A stretch of 63,844 nt of DNA, filler included, from Choristocarpus tenellus KU-1152 (taxonomy: Eukaryota; Protista; Phaeophyceae), in assembly GCA_964200185.2 (NCBI GenBank). It is 10 parts of 10 records of this genome, joined end to end, with 100 filler letters (N's around TTAATTAATTAA, not from the genome) between each part and the next. Parts side by side here need not be neighbours in the genome. Positions count along the whole stretch, not along the records: positions 48,207 to 56,195 come from CAXNAD020005298.1; positions 56,296 to 60,427 come from CAXNAD020016056.1; positions 60,528 to 63,844 come from CAXNAD020020850.1; 7 more parts are not named here. One strand, written 5' to 3'. The position numbers and the translations under genes are program-made. Below are positions 48,274-62,439 of the stretch, piece by piece. Numbering within the stretch: position 1 is the stretch's first letter; every line of letters begins with the position of its first letter. The notes below the pieces were generated by a model that made no database searches, was not told the origin of the DNA, and saw nothing but the letters and a program-made list of their open reading frames with translations.

Positions 48274-50912
48274 GGTGATGATCATTATTGGGTTTGAGGT
48301 GGATGTCTTAGATGCCACACCAGATGGCCTTGAGGGGCTGGTGCTTGGTATTTTGGCTGTCCTCATTGCAACCTTTTTTGGAACCCCTATGCATGTTCTC
48401 AGTGGGTACTTGATTGGACTGGAGATTACAAGACAAACACCTTTCTTCCAGGTAACAACTTCCCTGCACAATCACAGGCATGCCGATATGTGAACTGGAT
48501 CGATGTTTCTGTCAGCTGAAACAATGTGCATTTGTGCTTTTTGGAGGAGTTTCAGTAGGGGTGTTGTGTACAGCATGGTAAATGTGTCGAGAAGACTTGC
48601 CAGGAAGTCCGGTACTGGGTGTTGTAAGAGTGGAAGGCGCTTCCACTTGACATGCCTTACCAATGCAATGGCACAATATTCTACTATAATGTTCCTGTTG
48701 TTGGTCTCTCTTGAGTACTTTATTGAGGATGTTCTTTGTCACAAGCATTTTTACCTCCATTGAGACAAGATCCACTTCGTTTTTCTGGAATGATAAGGGA
48801 GTCATCAGTAAGAGAGTACACTTTGTCATTTAACTAGCACTCCTTGACTCCTTGTTTGCAGCCCCCACATGCAGTGCAATGCCCACCCTTGCCCTCCCCC
48901 CCTATTTTTTGTTTTTCAAAAGGTGGCCCTTGTGCCGTTTGTGTTGAGGTCACTCTCCATCATGCAGATCCTTCTGTGGTGTATTTCACTTCGTCAGCTG
49001 GTTCCAATTGTATTAGGTAAGAGCAAGTGCTACAGAAGTGGATTTGATATGATAGTGCAGGCAATGAAGAGTTAAACCATCTGGAGAGAGAGCGGGCGGG
49101 TTGGTTCTAGGAAAACTGTACCAAGTATGCCATACATGTACTGTGAAGGGGAGGGGAGGGGAGATACTTAAAGCTTAAGGTGCACGTTTAAAAGGGTAGG
49201 TCAGGACGGAGATGTTTACGTAGAGCTGATGTTCTTGCTCTATCCCTAAGCCCCAGTCAAAACGCCTCATGGAGGAGCTGCGCCAGCACCCTAACCCTCT
49301 TAGCAGATTGTGTAAATGTGTTGGGCGAGGAAGATCCGTTCCAATTGGTTTGTAGTTGGGTGCTGCAGATGTCTGTCTACAACTTGTAACAAGCAAAGTG
49401 GTTCATAGCTGTGTGATTTTTGGTTTATAGCTGTGTGACTTTTTGTTTAGCTCACAGTGCACCACGGCACTTTTGGTTTTGAGTCTGTGTTTGTTGGATT
49501 TCACACGGGGTGGAGATCATCATGTCCTGGATTGATGTACCTTGACAACATATGCCACCACTGGGGTACTCATGCCCTGAATATGTCAGCCGCAAGGTAG
49601 GAAACAAACTCGTACTAGTGATGTGTAATCGTTCATTCCTCAGTGGAGGTACTCGCTGCGGTGTTTGTTGTCCCCCGCCGCTTTTGAGGAGTAGGGAGTA
49701 GGATGAGATTGTTCGTCACTCTACTTTGAAGTATGTGGATACCTGCATAAGGAACCATGGAGCGAGCCCCTCTAGCAGTGATGTGGTTTTGGTGCTGTGT
49801 GATAGAGTTGTCTGGTACACAACTTAAGATTTTAGTTGGGTTTTTTAGTCACAAAAATGCACCATGCTAATCGTGCATCGCACTCACCATTGCATCACAA
49901 TAGCCGACACACCCATCCCTCCTTGTCTTTTGGGGGGTTGTCTCTCTGCTCACATGATTTCCTGGCTGGTTGACCCGGGTGGAACTCCTGGCGGTGGCGT
50001 GTTGTCCCTGATGACTACTGATTTGATGGTGTCGGCCTTTTGGTTGCTCGGTGCTAGGTGTGGTGGTTACAGATGTGTTGATATGCTACTTTATGGTGAA
50101 GCATATAAAGAGGGTGGAGTCCACTCTGCCTGTGGAATACCTCCAGCGCGTGGGATACCTGCAGGTGAAGAGAGGGGGGAAAAGGCTGTGGGACTCTGAA
50201 TCATTTTAGGGGATGGTTGGCTAGTGACTTGCTCAGTATTAGTACAAGAATTGACAAGAGTAAAAAGGATTCTTTTGTGTGTGTGTGTATGTGTGTGTTT
50301 ACTTTCCTCTTTTAGTTTTGATATTGCTTCCAAATCAAGTACTAACATTAATAGTTTACAGGGTTAGGGAGATGGTACTGAGAAGAAGAACAACCCCATT
50401 AGAATGTCTTCAAAGAGTTGACCCAGATTGCTGCAGTAGTGAGCAAACTTGTGGCCAAGAATGGTAGTTGCAAGGCCAAGCCCTGGTGAGCAACTGATTT
50501 GATTGTTGATTCCATGCTAGACTTGGTGGACAAGATTGAGTGACCCTGTCCACATCCATCATGCTTTCCTACGGAGAGGTTGTATTTTGAGCACAAGTGT
50601 TCTTGTTCCTTGTTCTAGGCTCTCCTCTGCAGCATGGTGACTCCTTAATCCCCCCCCCCACTACAGTATGTACCACATGTTGTGTTTATCCTGTATCCAT
50701 ATGAGATGATGAAAGGTGTTGATTCCTGTGGTAACAGTTGCCTTTTGTGACATTTGATGCAGGCACTGTACTGATCAGTTCCACTTGCATACTCTCTCAC
50801 ACTCGCGTTTGTACCGTTGTTCCCACAGGCTTTTGGTTATGGGGTGCTTCCAGGTGAAGAGGTGGATGAGGTGGAGATTCCTAATAATGTTGATGTGAAT
50901 CGGTTGGTATAG
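48274..50912 (+). CDS. 3' part of a multi-pass membrane protein, possibly PrsW-like; exons 48274-48451, 48923-49016, (missing exon), 50829-50912
   Basis: Hydrophobic exons with GT-AG ends; motif GTPMHVLSGYLIG resembles the PxH..G motif of PrsW-family proteins. The link to the last exon is not resolved. Confidence 0.55.
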
Positions 50913-53697
50913 ATGTTAGACGTGGTGGGTAATGTTGAGTGATCATGTTAATGGTGTGAGTGAGGAAAAGGTAAAGGAGGGGGGGAGGGGGATCTCATCT
51001 GGACTTTGAATCAAGAGCAAAGGATGCAATGTATATGCCTTTTTGACAGTCAGCCTGCAGCTCGGAGTGAGGGTGAACCTGTTTGTTGATCATTGGTTGT
51101 TAAGGATTTGTGTCAGTGAGTTGGCAGATCGACAATTCAAGGTACTATGTAGGAGTATCATATATGGCATACACAGTGTGATTGGCCAGCTCTCAATGTG
51201 TTTTGTCTGGAAAGAGATAGTCTCGGCTATGTTAAATCTCTTTGTCACTGAGCTCTATAATCAAGCAGGCGTGGCAAGTGCTACAGAGTTGTACTTACAA
51301 TAATGAGCAGGTTCCTCCTTGATTTATCAATTTACAAATATGTGTGATGGAGGTGACAGAGCTTGTATGTATCGGTTGTAATGTAATGGTCCTAAAGCCG
51401 GCTTGCACAAAAAGTAAAGTGTTTCCAGTGTAGCTAAACCAGACATAGGGTGCCTATATTTTCATCCCATAATGTTCAATGGTGTGGTGCACGATCCTGC
51501 TAATGTGGGCACTTCTTTTTGGTGTACTGAATCGTTGAATTTCATGTCCATTTGCTACGGAGCCTCTTACAATCCAACTCCTGAACAAGGAAAAGTGGAG
51601 GGAGGGGTTGAAAAAACGGAAAACACAATTGACAGTTACCACGAACATTCTTGAACAGGTGGCTGTTCGAGAATGCATTTACTCTGGTCAAGGCCAGCAG
51701 GTCGGTCAAACAAATTGTGATCAATGGTTACTGCTACGTGCATGCTGATATACTCTATGGGTGCCACAAGGGCGAAGGATGTTGATGAGTAATGAATACA
51801 GAACATCAGTTACAGCAAATGTCAAGGTGTTCTGTTGTCTGATTGGGGTGTTTGCGCAAATGTTTTGATTCACTTTTTGTTATGCGTTGAGAAATTGACA
51901 TGAAACAGATCACCTTGAGTGTCAGACATTCAAGTCTGGTACAGTACTTATATCTGACTTCCAATCCTAAAAGCACCTTTTGCTAAAAGTAGTTTGGGTC
52001 GTAGGAATTTGGAGTCAGTGGGGTTTCAAATATCAGAACAGTTGGAGTGATTGTCTGTTGTGACGTGGAGGGTGTGGGTGCTATTTTATCACCATTTGAC
52101 ATTTTTTTTCATAAAACTTAATAAATATGATATAGTGGAACCCTGTGCAAGGCCTTTTCAAATGCAATTATATTTTTCATGCCGATTTGTGGAAAGGCAA
52201 GGTTGATGAATGGCGAAGCTTGTTTATAGTGTGCAAACACCCAATACTACTGCCGTAGGATTTGTTAGGTTTTGTTAATATTGATTGAAGTACTGCAATT
52301 AATTGTGCTGTGAAAGTGTCGAAGATCGGAGGAAAAAATTGGAGGTAGAAGTAATGGAAGGGTTCTGACTGGCTCTATAATGCTGTGGTCTGTCGTGGTG
52401 GGGTGACAAATAACAACAGGGGCTTGACAAAGGGGCGTTACTCACGTGTTTAGAATATTGAGGTGCATTTTGCTGGTTCTCATTTATTTTCTGATCTGTT
52501 ACGTGTATGACTTGACATGGAGTAGTGCTGTGCATGTAATATTTGTGTATTGTTTTTTGACAATTTATTCTCAGGGGATGAAGTGCCGTCCACTTCCTGC
52601 TGCTCTCTTGCATCTCAGTCACTTCGTCCTGATTGTGCTTCATACAGCACTACTCCATACATACCTAGCAAAGAAGATAGCTGACACTATCACTTTCGCT
52701 TCTAGTTGTGGAGTAGCTACTGCTCTACACATACATCAGGATGTGTCTCCATCGTACATTAATGCATGCCTCGCAGTGCTCTCATGAAGATACTGCTTTT
52801 CATGGAGTCTGAGGATTTTCACTTGACCCAATACGGGGTGTGAAGCTATTGTAGTAAAAAATGTCAGATTATGCAGGTTTTAACTGAATGGAAAGATGCT
52901 GTTGGTCTCATTCTCGATGCTCACGATCAAAACCACTCGAAGGAGAAGCACTTACGATGGTCAGTGAACAGCATATTCTTGCATAGGTCTACCTTCTTTT
53001 GCTATTATTAGCCTCCCGAACGAGTATGAGAATGATAGGATACATAGGAAACAATAATGATCATCCTGGACGGAATGACCCATCACTCTGGAGATAAGTT
53101 GTCCATTGTTTTTTTGCGACACGCGCCTCTTGCCACAATTATTTACACCATTTAATTGGGCTTGTTTTCCTCTTTCATGTATGTATTCAGGTATGCATTC
53201 CAGAGGTGCTGCATGAGTACTCTCGTCTGGTATGTCACCATAGTCAGGAGAGTCATAAAAGCAACGAGTATCACGTTTTTTCCTCAATGAAAAGCTCCAT
53301 CCTCAATTTTTGAAATCGGCTGTTTTTGGAGGGATAATAGGGTCAGGATAATATATACCAATTTTCTACTGTAACACTCTTACTATTACTATAACCGTTA
53401 AGTCTGAGGCGTGTGGTCGAAAAAGGTAATGCAAAGAAGGTGATACACATTAAGAAATACAAGTATTGTAAAAAAGAGAACAGTAATGAATGGAAGAAAA
53501 AATAAAATAAAAAAATCCCTCCCCAGGTGAATGCACCACCACCCACATAACAAAAAAACTGGAGTCGTATCAGGTCTACCAAGGAAAAATATCACTCACA
53601 TCACAAGTCACACCACCGAAAGAAGAGAAGAAGAAGTATTCTAAGTTCTTGTAGAATATAGTTCAAATAAAGATCCCTCCATACAAGTGTACAACGT

Positions 53698-53770
53698 AGC
53701 GCCATGGTTTAGATTGTTAGAACATGGCATTGACATCAACAAGGTCCAGGCTTCGAGCCACGGTGACACC
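53698..53770 (+). other. Degenerate tRNA-like sequence (tRNA pseudogene or SINE head)
   Basis: D-arm-like TGGTTTAGATTGTTAGAAC, anticodon-loop-like TTGACAT and T-loop-like GGCTTCGAGCC in tRNA spacing, but the stems pair poorly. Confidence 0.35.
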
Positions 53771-56155
53771 TATCTCGTTTTTGTCTTTAGGTCATTTGTG
53801 AAAGTGGTAGTATAAACAAAATATCCCTCTCCCAGTCCCTTAGTCGTATACGAAGGGAATGTATACTGATAGGAGCAATTTTCAATGGTAAGTTTCACCG
53901 ACTTCAAGTATCGCCTAAAGGAGCTGAAGATATTGATCTCTAACTCTCAAAAATGTTAGGTAGACCATACCATCAGAATCAGAATCAGAATCAGAATCTT
54001 GATCCAGTACTACACAACCCAAAAGGTGTATTTTCACTTTTTTTCAGGTAGGTAGTGCATCTGTGATTTGCATATATGTATCGTCTTTCCACCGATTCTG
54101 GTTGGTTGTTCCACCAACTGTTTCACAGTATTGATATCTACACGCCATGTCCCAGGATGTCACCTCTTCGTTAGGTCCATTGTTGCAGATTCCACGAGCT
54201 TCACCACGGGGTGTTCTTGACCACAACAAGAAGAACATTTTTCCACTCACTGTACAATGCTCTCATTGATGATGTGGTTTTGTCTGTTTTTCCGGAGTAT
54301 GCCTTTCAGCTCCTTGCAATGATCTATTTCCCTTATCTCTTCTGCTGACCATGTTACAGCGTTCAGCTTGACCTTACCGGTCTGTGACCTCGGCGGGTCT
54401 CCTCTACCCCCCCACATTCATTATACGCAAGCCTGCCTTTGTCGTTTGGCAGCGATAAGTAGTCTTGAGTATTGAGGTTGTGAGAGACTCCTCTCGAAAG
54501 AAGTTCATCTAATTTTGACCAAATTTGCCATGGTCATATCAGACAAGAAAGTGCTTGAGCCCAAAGACTCGACGAATGACTACACTGGTCGTTCTGACTG
54601 GTCTGATAGTACAAACTCTGTGGGAAATACCTCAACTAAAATTTTCCCACCCTCTTCAGTGGTGCGTTGAAATAGTTAATTGAAGTATGGCTGCGTATGT
54701 TTTAGCTCTGGCACCCGGGATAACGCACCTTGGTGGCTTGATGTCATAGCTCAAAATCACAGGGTGATGGGTCAGATATATCAAGAAGTGTAGGTCTCAG
54801 TAAGTGCTCACACGCATGTTTTAGAGTTGTGGGAATGATGAGACAAGTATTTCGGTACACAGAAGGTGGGCTGATGGTCATCAACGTCTTTTTTAATATT
54901 TGAAAGTGCTCAGGTAGTCTTTTAACACCTGAAGACCCTTAGCCACGCAGTATCATCAATTACATTCGGATTGACAACACTAACCATGAATCGGCCCCAA
55001 TAACATGTGACAAGTCCATACACAGATTGGCATACTCTCCAAAAGAACAAAAAATGCGACAGTCAGCTTAGAATTTGCTACACATCATAACAACAGCACA
55101 ATTCAAATTATGCCTCGGTCATTTAATCCCTGGAAACAGAGAGGAAGTGGCTGCTTTCTGCTTTCATGTACCAATGTAGAAAAATGTAGAAACAAAATAT
55201 TTGTCGTATTCTTTATTTCTTTTAGCGACACGTAGTATACTCTTGTTTAATATTTAGTGTTTAGACCGACCGAATGTGTTTATGTGATGAGCTGCAACAT
55301 GGCCGGCCTGGCTAGGTGTCAATTGTATTTTATTGGGTCGACCATTAGTGAGATGTGCTAACATACCCGAGTCCTTCGCTGTCACTACTTAAACGTGACC
55401 AGGCTGCCTGTCAGCACAATACACGTCAGTTGAACATGACCGAGTCTATGGTCGTCACTACTTCAACATAATGGGACCGCTGGTTGGACTGTCCAACCAA
55501 GCTCGGATATGGCTGAGTCCGTGGCCATATATCGACCCAGTGAATGGGTCTGAAAAAAATATGTTCCTGAAAGGGAATGTTAGTTTACCCCAGATATGGG
55601 TACACAACATGCCTGATAACGCAGAAAATGAAAATCCCTTATGCTACGCAGGTAGGTGCGTCTATTATATATATAATAACGAGACAAATGTTGTTTGTAA
55701 GAAACAATGAAGCAAACCCTCAAAGTTAAAATAGAAAATGAAAGTGGTGCAGGTAGTGAGAAAAACGCATAATTAATTACTAAACCTCCACAAAAAAGAC
55801 AGCTCACTCAAAAGGACCCTTTGAGTCAGATGCTCTTCAGCAAAAGGAGTTTTACGAGACGCCTGGGCGATAAGACATGCTGCAGAGACAGACTCATTAT
55901 CTTCGAACTGGGTTGTTAATTGAAATCATGTTGCTGGTTCAAAATTGTCAAGCAAACCAGGAATATCAGGTGTGTCAAAACAATCCAACACCAGGATGTA
56001 GCTTTTGTAAAGATATCCTAGGCTGAGTATTGGAACTAATTTGTGCCTGCAACAGCATGTTAATGACAGTGTTTTGGGCAAAGATGTCAGTGACGGGTTG
56101 CGGTCAAGATTTCTCTACCCCTTTGTGGGCAGACAAGAAGAGTGTTTGATGGGAA

Positions 56156-56195
56156 GGCTCGAAGTATCTGGGAGGGGGTGGAGGCTGTCCATTTG
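56156..56195 (+). mobile_element. MITE family B left terminus at contig end
   Basis: GGCTCGAAGTATCTGGGAGGGGGTGGAGGCTGTCCATTTG. Confidence 0.8.
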
Positions 56196-56295
56196 NNNNN
56201 NNNNNNNNNNNNNNNNNNNNNNNNNNNNNNNNNNNNNNNTTAATTAATTAANNNNNNNNNNNNNNNNNNNNNNNNNNNNNNNNNNNNNNNNNNNN

Positions 56296-56745
56296 TGCTT
56301 GGATGATTGGGGGGTGGTGTTGAGTGGAGTGGGAACTGCTGGGGGGTTGAAAGGTGGGGGGGGTGACTGGAAATCAGTGACGAAAGGGGTTCGAACTGGT
56401 TGGTCATCAAATGTGAGGGATGGCTGGAAATTAGTGACGAAGGGGGGTTTGCATTAGTTGGTCATCAAATGTGAGGGATGGCTGGAAATTAGTGACGAAG
56501 GGGGGTTTGCACTGGTTGGTCATCAGAGGTGGGGGGAGACTGGAAATCAGGGGAGAATGGGTAGCACTGGTTGGTCATCTCATGGGGGGGTAAATAGGAA
56601 ACCAGCGGTAAAGGGGTCCCAAGAGGCTGGTCAGAAGAAGGAATACATGGGGAAGGAAAGGAATAGAGAATAGGGGAATGGCAAACAAAGAATAAATAAA
56701 ATTAATAATCCCGAATTCGTGAGCAAAACAAGACAGAATAAGCTT
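56296..56745 (-). repeat. Second copy of repeat family E with 57-58 bp tandem array (~4 units, ~56363-56580)
   Basis: Reverse-complement unit GATGACCAACCAGTGCAAACCCCCCTTCGTCACTAATTTCCAGCCATCCCTCACATTT; flanks homologous to 3345-3440 and 3780-3880. Confidence 0.85.
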
Positions 56746-58360
56746 TTCTCCCACTCCATTACATGACGGACAGGTAGTCACGCGCGATCTATCCTCCTTT
56801 ACACCGTCCTACCCACTGTTCAATGTTTTCTGACATTTCTCTTTGCTTGCACTCGATGCCACGCAAGAGGAAGACACGACTATTGTGCTGTGGATCTATT
56901 GATAATAATCATCCTCTCAGGTCTTCTTGTTTCTCACTTCCCAACCCTAATAACCAATGACCCTCTTCGGAACCTTGTACAATAATCACCATGCCCGTAC
57001 CCGAAATGCACATCACACCCCGTAGTATGGCGAGGCTGTACCTATAGAAAAAGATTGACTATGCTATGCACACATATCTACTTCAAAGCATTCTCCACAG
57101 TAGTAGGGCTCAATACACATACGAACAATCAAGGTGGATATATTGAAACCCCTTCATTCTCTACAGCACTGCCTTCCTAGATTACATCATCACTCTCTAC
57201 GAATTTCTTTCTCGACCTGAGAGTAGACACAAGTGCCCGCACACACTTTGCACAAAATCACAAACTCATTCTTCTTCAATGACACCCCAAGTACTGCATG
57301 GGCGACCAACCGCACTATTGTCATGTGGCATTTGCACTACTGAGAGCGAGTCGGCTGATGGAGGAAGGTATACCCTTCTGAAGGAACTCTTGACATCTAA
57401 AATGCATGCATTCTGCACGGTATGTTGACTGTGTCAGTTGGGTGAGCAGTTCTGTGCGTTTTTTGTCTTGTCTACAATTTGTACGTATGTACACGACTCC
57501 CATACACCTGTACACATCACTTGTATGGAAAATCCAGATACTGAATCAGAAATTTTGTATTGCATATCTCCACTTTACAACATACATACTTGGTACTACA
57601 GTATTTCATGCTGCTATAGACTACATTCGCACAGTCATTCAGAGAGGCCAGTAGATACGTCCTTCAAGCAGGATCTACGGTGATTGGTGCTCCACCTATT
57701 GTGACTAATGGTGGTTGAATGTGTGATAATTGAAACTACACGAACAATCCGTGAGTGTGCAAGTATATCAAAGTGTTCATCAACATTCATGACGACTACC
57801 AAAATTATTGGTGTGTGTGCATGAAAGTACAAAACTTGCTACAAATTCAATTTTGCCCCAGAATAGTTCTACCTATCATCCATTTTGCTATTGAATGGCC
57901 CCATTTTGAAGTGCTAGTGGAAAGTAGCTCAGAGCAGGTACAACCATTCTTGCATTCTACAACTGGAATCAAGAATCACTCTGCCCGTTCATGCACACAG
58001 ACACACAAACTACGGTACCTCATTCACCACCATGTTAGATCGTAGAACACAGATCGAACTAAAGGGAATTCGCCTACTCTATCCTCCACCTTGATTTCTT
58101 ATTATCATTTAACCCCACCAGGTTGCCCATAAGTACAACCTTTCACGAGGGATAGCCCACATATCTCTCTGACTTGCAGTGTTCTAGAGCAAGTCAATAT
58201 GCTAGTGTTACAAGGTTTACCATTGGCAGAGTAGATGCACAAAAATGCCACCATCAATACATCTGAGAGTCATAATATACGTATGGTAACAATGAGGGCT
58301 CTTTGTGCACAGGCCTTGGACAGGAATATTCAACAATTTTTGATCTGTACAGAAACAAAA

Positions 58361-58541
58361 GGCTTAAAGTATTTTTTTGGGGGGGTGGCGACTGTCCATT
58401 TGGGGTCAATTTTTTCATGACACGATTTTTTGTTGATTTTGTTGCATATGTCGGATGGATAATGTAAATGCACTTTTCCTGGTTTTGATCCAAATGGACA
58501 CCATGGTGTAGACCCTCCCCCCTCCCCTGATACTTTGGGTC
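58361..58541 (+). mobile_element. MITE family B, complete, 181 bp, flanked by AAAA
   Basis: AAAA|GGCTTAAAGTAT...GTCCATTTGG...CCAAATGGAC...ATACTTTGGGTC|AAAA. Confidence 0.85.
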
Positions 58542-60061
58542 AAAACGTAGATGCAAATGAGTGCCACACACAGAATAGTAGAATGCAGAGATTAAAACCT
58601 ACTACTATGAAACAAACACGACCGCTGCCGTCTCTTCTACTGGTAGTACAAGTACTGCATCTGGACCACAAATGCATGGACATCTTACAGTAATATCAAG
58701 TACGAGTCAATTATTTCAAATCCATCTCCTTCTGTCACAAAATAGAGTACTCAGGAGTACATGCCAGTTTCAATGTCAATATTTATCGAGTACATATCTT
58801 GCCATGCACCCCCTTCTGTTGCTCATCTCTCTCTCCATCTTCTTCTCCTCCCTCTCCTCTTTCACCTCATCCACATTCTCTCACCTACCCTGTACTTCGC
58901 CTTCATACATACACACACATACATACATACATACGTATCGGAGGACCAGGGATGGTATGCGATATATTCATAACCTGTCGTCACTGTACGTATTCCAACT
59001 TCCATTCCTAAATAAGCGTACCTCATTGCAGCCGACACTGTGACATTGATTGCACTCTCTCCCACCAACCACCCCGCTAATGAGATCATGACTTTCTCAC
59101 GCCACTGCTAGACCAGCAAGGAACTACCAATCTCCCGCTGAGCTCTTTGCCCCGTTTCCCATAATCAATTACAAGAATCCTATCCATTTAGACCAGGTGC
59201 ATAACATGGAAACATTGGATAGGGGTAGAGAGGTCTAGGAACAGGAATTATTTTTCGATTTCTATCTTGTTGAGGTATTAGATTACACTAAATGGTAAAA
59301 TGGTATCCTGAATTTCATCCATTTCGTGTTGATTTTAACATTCTATATTCTCCCTCAATGCTCTTCAATAAAAAAAAATCATGATGATTTACAGATATCC
59401 AATTTTTCAAATGACCATAGTTTATAAAAAAAGAGCAGTGATTCAGTTGGGTCCTACCGAGATGGGATGTGTGGTAAATGCTGTAGGTAGCATCCCCCGC
59501 TTTGTCAAATGCATCAATTGCAAGGTAATCCTTTGTTCTGTCCAAAGATGGCACCACTCTTCTTCACAGAGTACCACCACCTTCCATCAATATTGAGAAG
59601 CAAAGCACACAATTCAATATTCCCACATAGGATCGCTATTGTGGGAGCAGAGCATTGATTGATCATGTTTGAGAACTTTCTAAGCACACGACTTGAGTAT
59701 ACCCCCAAAACAATTGTTTTTTTCTGGCCAGGCGTCAGGTGGGTACTGATCCCTTCGTCATTCTACCACCTGTATGAGGTTTCACAAGCTTCACTCCAGG
59801 TTAAAATATCCTCAACTTTGCTTGGCAGGTTGTCATCTTCATCTAACCCATACCCATCATTGGATGATTTTAACCAGCACTTTGCCATGACAGAAACTAC
59901 ACCTATCAACACCTTTGCTTGAAGCCACACTTACACTTCTCTTCTAGTGCTGCTGTCAGCACCCCATCTATGTATCCCTCCTCTACTTAGATCAAGTCGT
60001 TTCGAGTTGGACCTACCCGGCCCTGACAGGTACGAAAAGGGTTGAAAGTCACACACCCAAC

Positions 60062-60135
60062 TGTCCCGGCGGTATAGTGGTATAATCACACCTTCACATC
60101 ATCAGAGATCCTGAGTTCAAATCCTGACTCAACTG
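60062..60135 (+). other. tRNA-derived Pol III promoter-like sequence (candidate SINE head)
   Basis: A-box-like GGTATAGTGG and B-box GAGTTCAAATCC at tRNA spacing; no intact cloverleaf. Confidence 0.45.
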
Positions 60136-60527
60136 CTTGCCCATCTCCCTAACGTTGGAGGGGGAAAGAGGATACTGAGAAGGGGGTGGGGGTCTACGAC
60201 AGTAAGCTCAATCAGAAGCACAAAGATTGAGATGACCTCTTACAGAGTTCTTGCGACTTATGGAGTAATGGCTTACAAACTAAGACAGGTGGTCTGTGGT
60301 CCCCCTGCCTCTGGTCTTGTCTTAGGCATCATAGTATGGGGAGATCACCCTATCACCAGGGCAGTCTGTGCAACTAACGGCCTGGCCATGAACCCCCAAG
60401 GAATATTGTTACAGGCGCCCCTCAATGNNNNNNNNNNNNNNNNNNNNNNNNNNNNNNNNNNNNNNNNNNNNTTAATTAATTAANNNNNNNNNNNNNNNNN
60501 NNNNNNNNNNNNNNNNNNNNNNNNNNN

Positions 60528-60585
60528 GCCAAGCCCCAAGTGGACAAACAGGGCAAAACTCGTACCCTCTAAGATACTTTCACTC
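60528..60585 (+). mobile_element. MITE family A right terminus at contig start
   Basis: GGACAAACAGGGCAAAACTCGTACCCTCTAAGATACTTTCACTC. Confidence 0.85.
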
Positions 60586-62439
60586 TCGAACATCACGATA
60601 TTCTAGGACTCCTATCCATCCCTCGTGAATCATTCTAGTCACACCATCTTGCTACACAGACATTTCTTACTTCGTGTATACTAATAGCATCATTGAGTGT
60701 CTGCACTACTACAACGCATGTCCCTATACAAATGAAATGTTGCTTACAAAAGCAACACAGTGTACATCAGAGGTTTGGTCCGTACCATATTTTTTGTGTT
60801 CAGGGAAGGTTATTTTAGGGGACAACCTCATCCACTTTACTGCACTAAATATTGCACAAGTGTGGCATTTGTGGGGGATGTTCGAATAGACTCCTCCAAC
60901 TGTATGAGAGATCACTAGTAGTATGTATTTTTGGAGTCAGAATACAAGAGTTATTTGATGATGGTAAACCCAGATTTGCTCTTGTATATATGAAGGAATT
61001 GATAGGAACTGACTCTATTAATCGTGGTGACTTGAAGCAGTGTGGTCACCCCTCTGGTCGGGATTAATCACTCTACAACATTTGGCAACATTCCTGTGTT
61101 TGTCTCTTCTACTCATACATGATTCGGGGGATACTTTAACACAGAGGGGGGTCAGGCAGGGGATACAGTGAAGCTAGCATGACAACATACCATTTATTGA
61201 TGACATGATATCAACTCTCTCTTCAATCTACCTGTGCACAGTGGTTAGTGAACCTGTGTTTCACTTCCTTCCAACTTGTACCAATGTGTGTACAACCCGC
61301 ACATACTTCCTCGTAGTGTCTGCTCCTATTTCATTTCACATCAAACACTTCTGATTGCCTCATCGACCCTACACACACTATCACCAATCGTGATGAATGC
61401 CGTTTTTTGTTGTCTTCTAAATATATGATGTATCTGCAGAGGCTTAGAATTTTTACCAGCGATATTGTTTAGTGTTGACCACGGATGTGGGGAAATCAGG
61501 GGGTAAAGTTTTCTGTTGGGGGAGGGGGGAATTGGGGGGATGGCGCGCTTCTGTGCAAATGACATATTTTCTGGAGTGTATCGCTTGTGGTTTCCGATCA
61601 CGGTTCCTGTTTGTTTTTTTCTAGATCTATGTGGAAGAGGAAGAGGAATGCAAGCGTCGGTCTTCTTATGCTCAGCGCTGTCTGCTAGTACTGTAATAAT
61701 AGTGGGTGAAAGAGAAACGAGTGAATGTGTTTTTTAGTATATTTGTGTTAAATATGACTACTTTTTTAATGCTTATTTTAATACTTTTTTTTGTTAAATC
61801 GAAGTCGGTGCGATGGAAGATACGTCCACCACTGTGGGTCGTGATGTACTGATTTTCACTCCTGGTTGTAATATTAGTCCGTACGCCGTAGCGTATATGT
61901 ACATATCCCGCTATTTGGGACACGCAAAGTACAATGTTCCTATATTTCAAGTCCACGAAAAAAGGGAGAATGCACACTGATTCAATTTGTCAGGCATGTT
62001 TACTTGCATACCTGTGGCAGTGGAGGTAATTTTAGCCTGGTGTTCAACCCTCACCACAAGACTATACTTGGCTCTCTAATGTTTGAAGGTCAACAGCCAG
62101 GGGCACAGATTTATTACTCACAAAGGTTGTACTACCTCTGTGCCATAAGTTTGTGCCACAAAACATCTGACTCGTCAAGCGAGAACAGCGCCAAATCGGA
62201 CGATAACCCCCAAAGAATGAAATTGGATTGACAATCTCAGCTTTCAGAAAAAGTGGGGGTCGAGGATCATCAGGTACTCGAGGTACTTCAAGCCGTCAAA
62301 GTAGGGGTCTTTGGGGGTGATTTTGAGGCCAGAATTGGGCACATCGAGGGTCAGAACGTTGGCATGGCAATCCCACCGTTGATCCCCCCCCCATAGGAAG
62401 TGTGCCCAAGTGTCCCTGAATACCAGGGTTGCGCTTGCA

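Noticed and set aside
57018-57040. PVVWRG motif suggesting an Mrp/NBP35 ATPase
   Set aside because: Six-residue match only; the surrounding translation does not fit.
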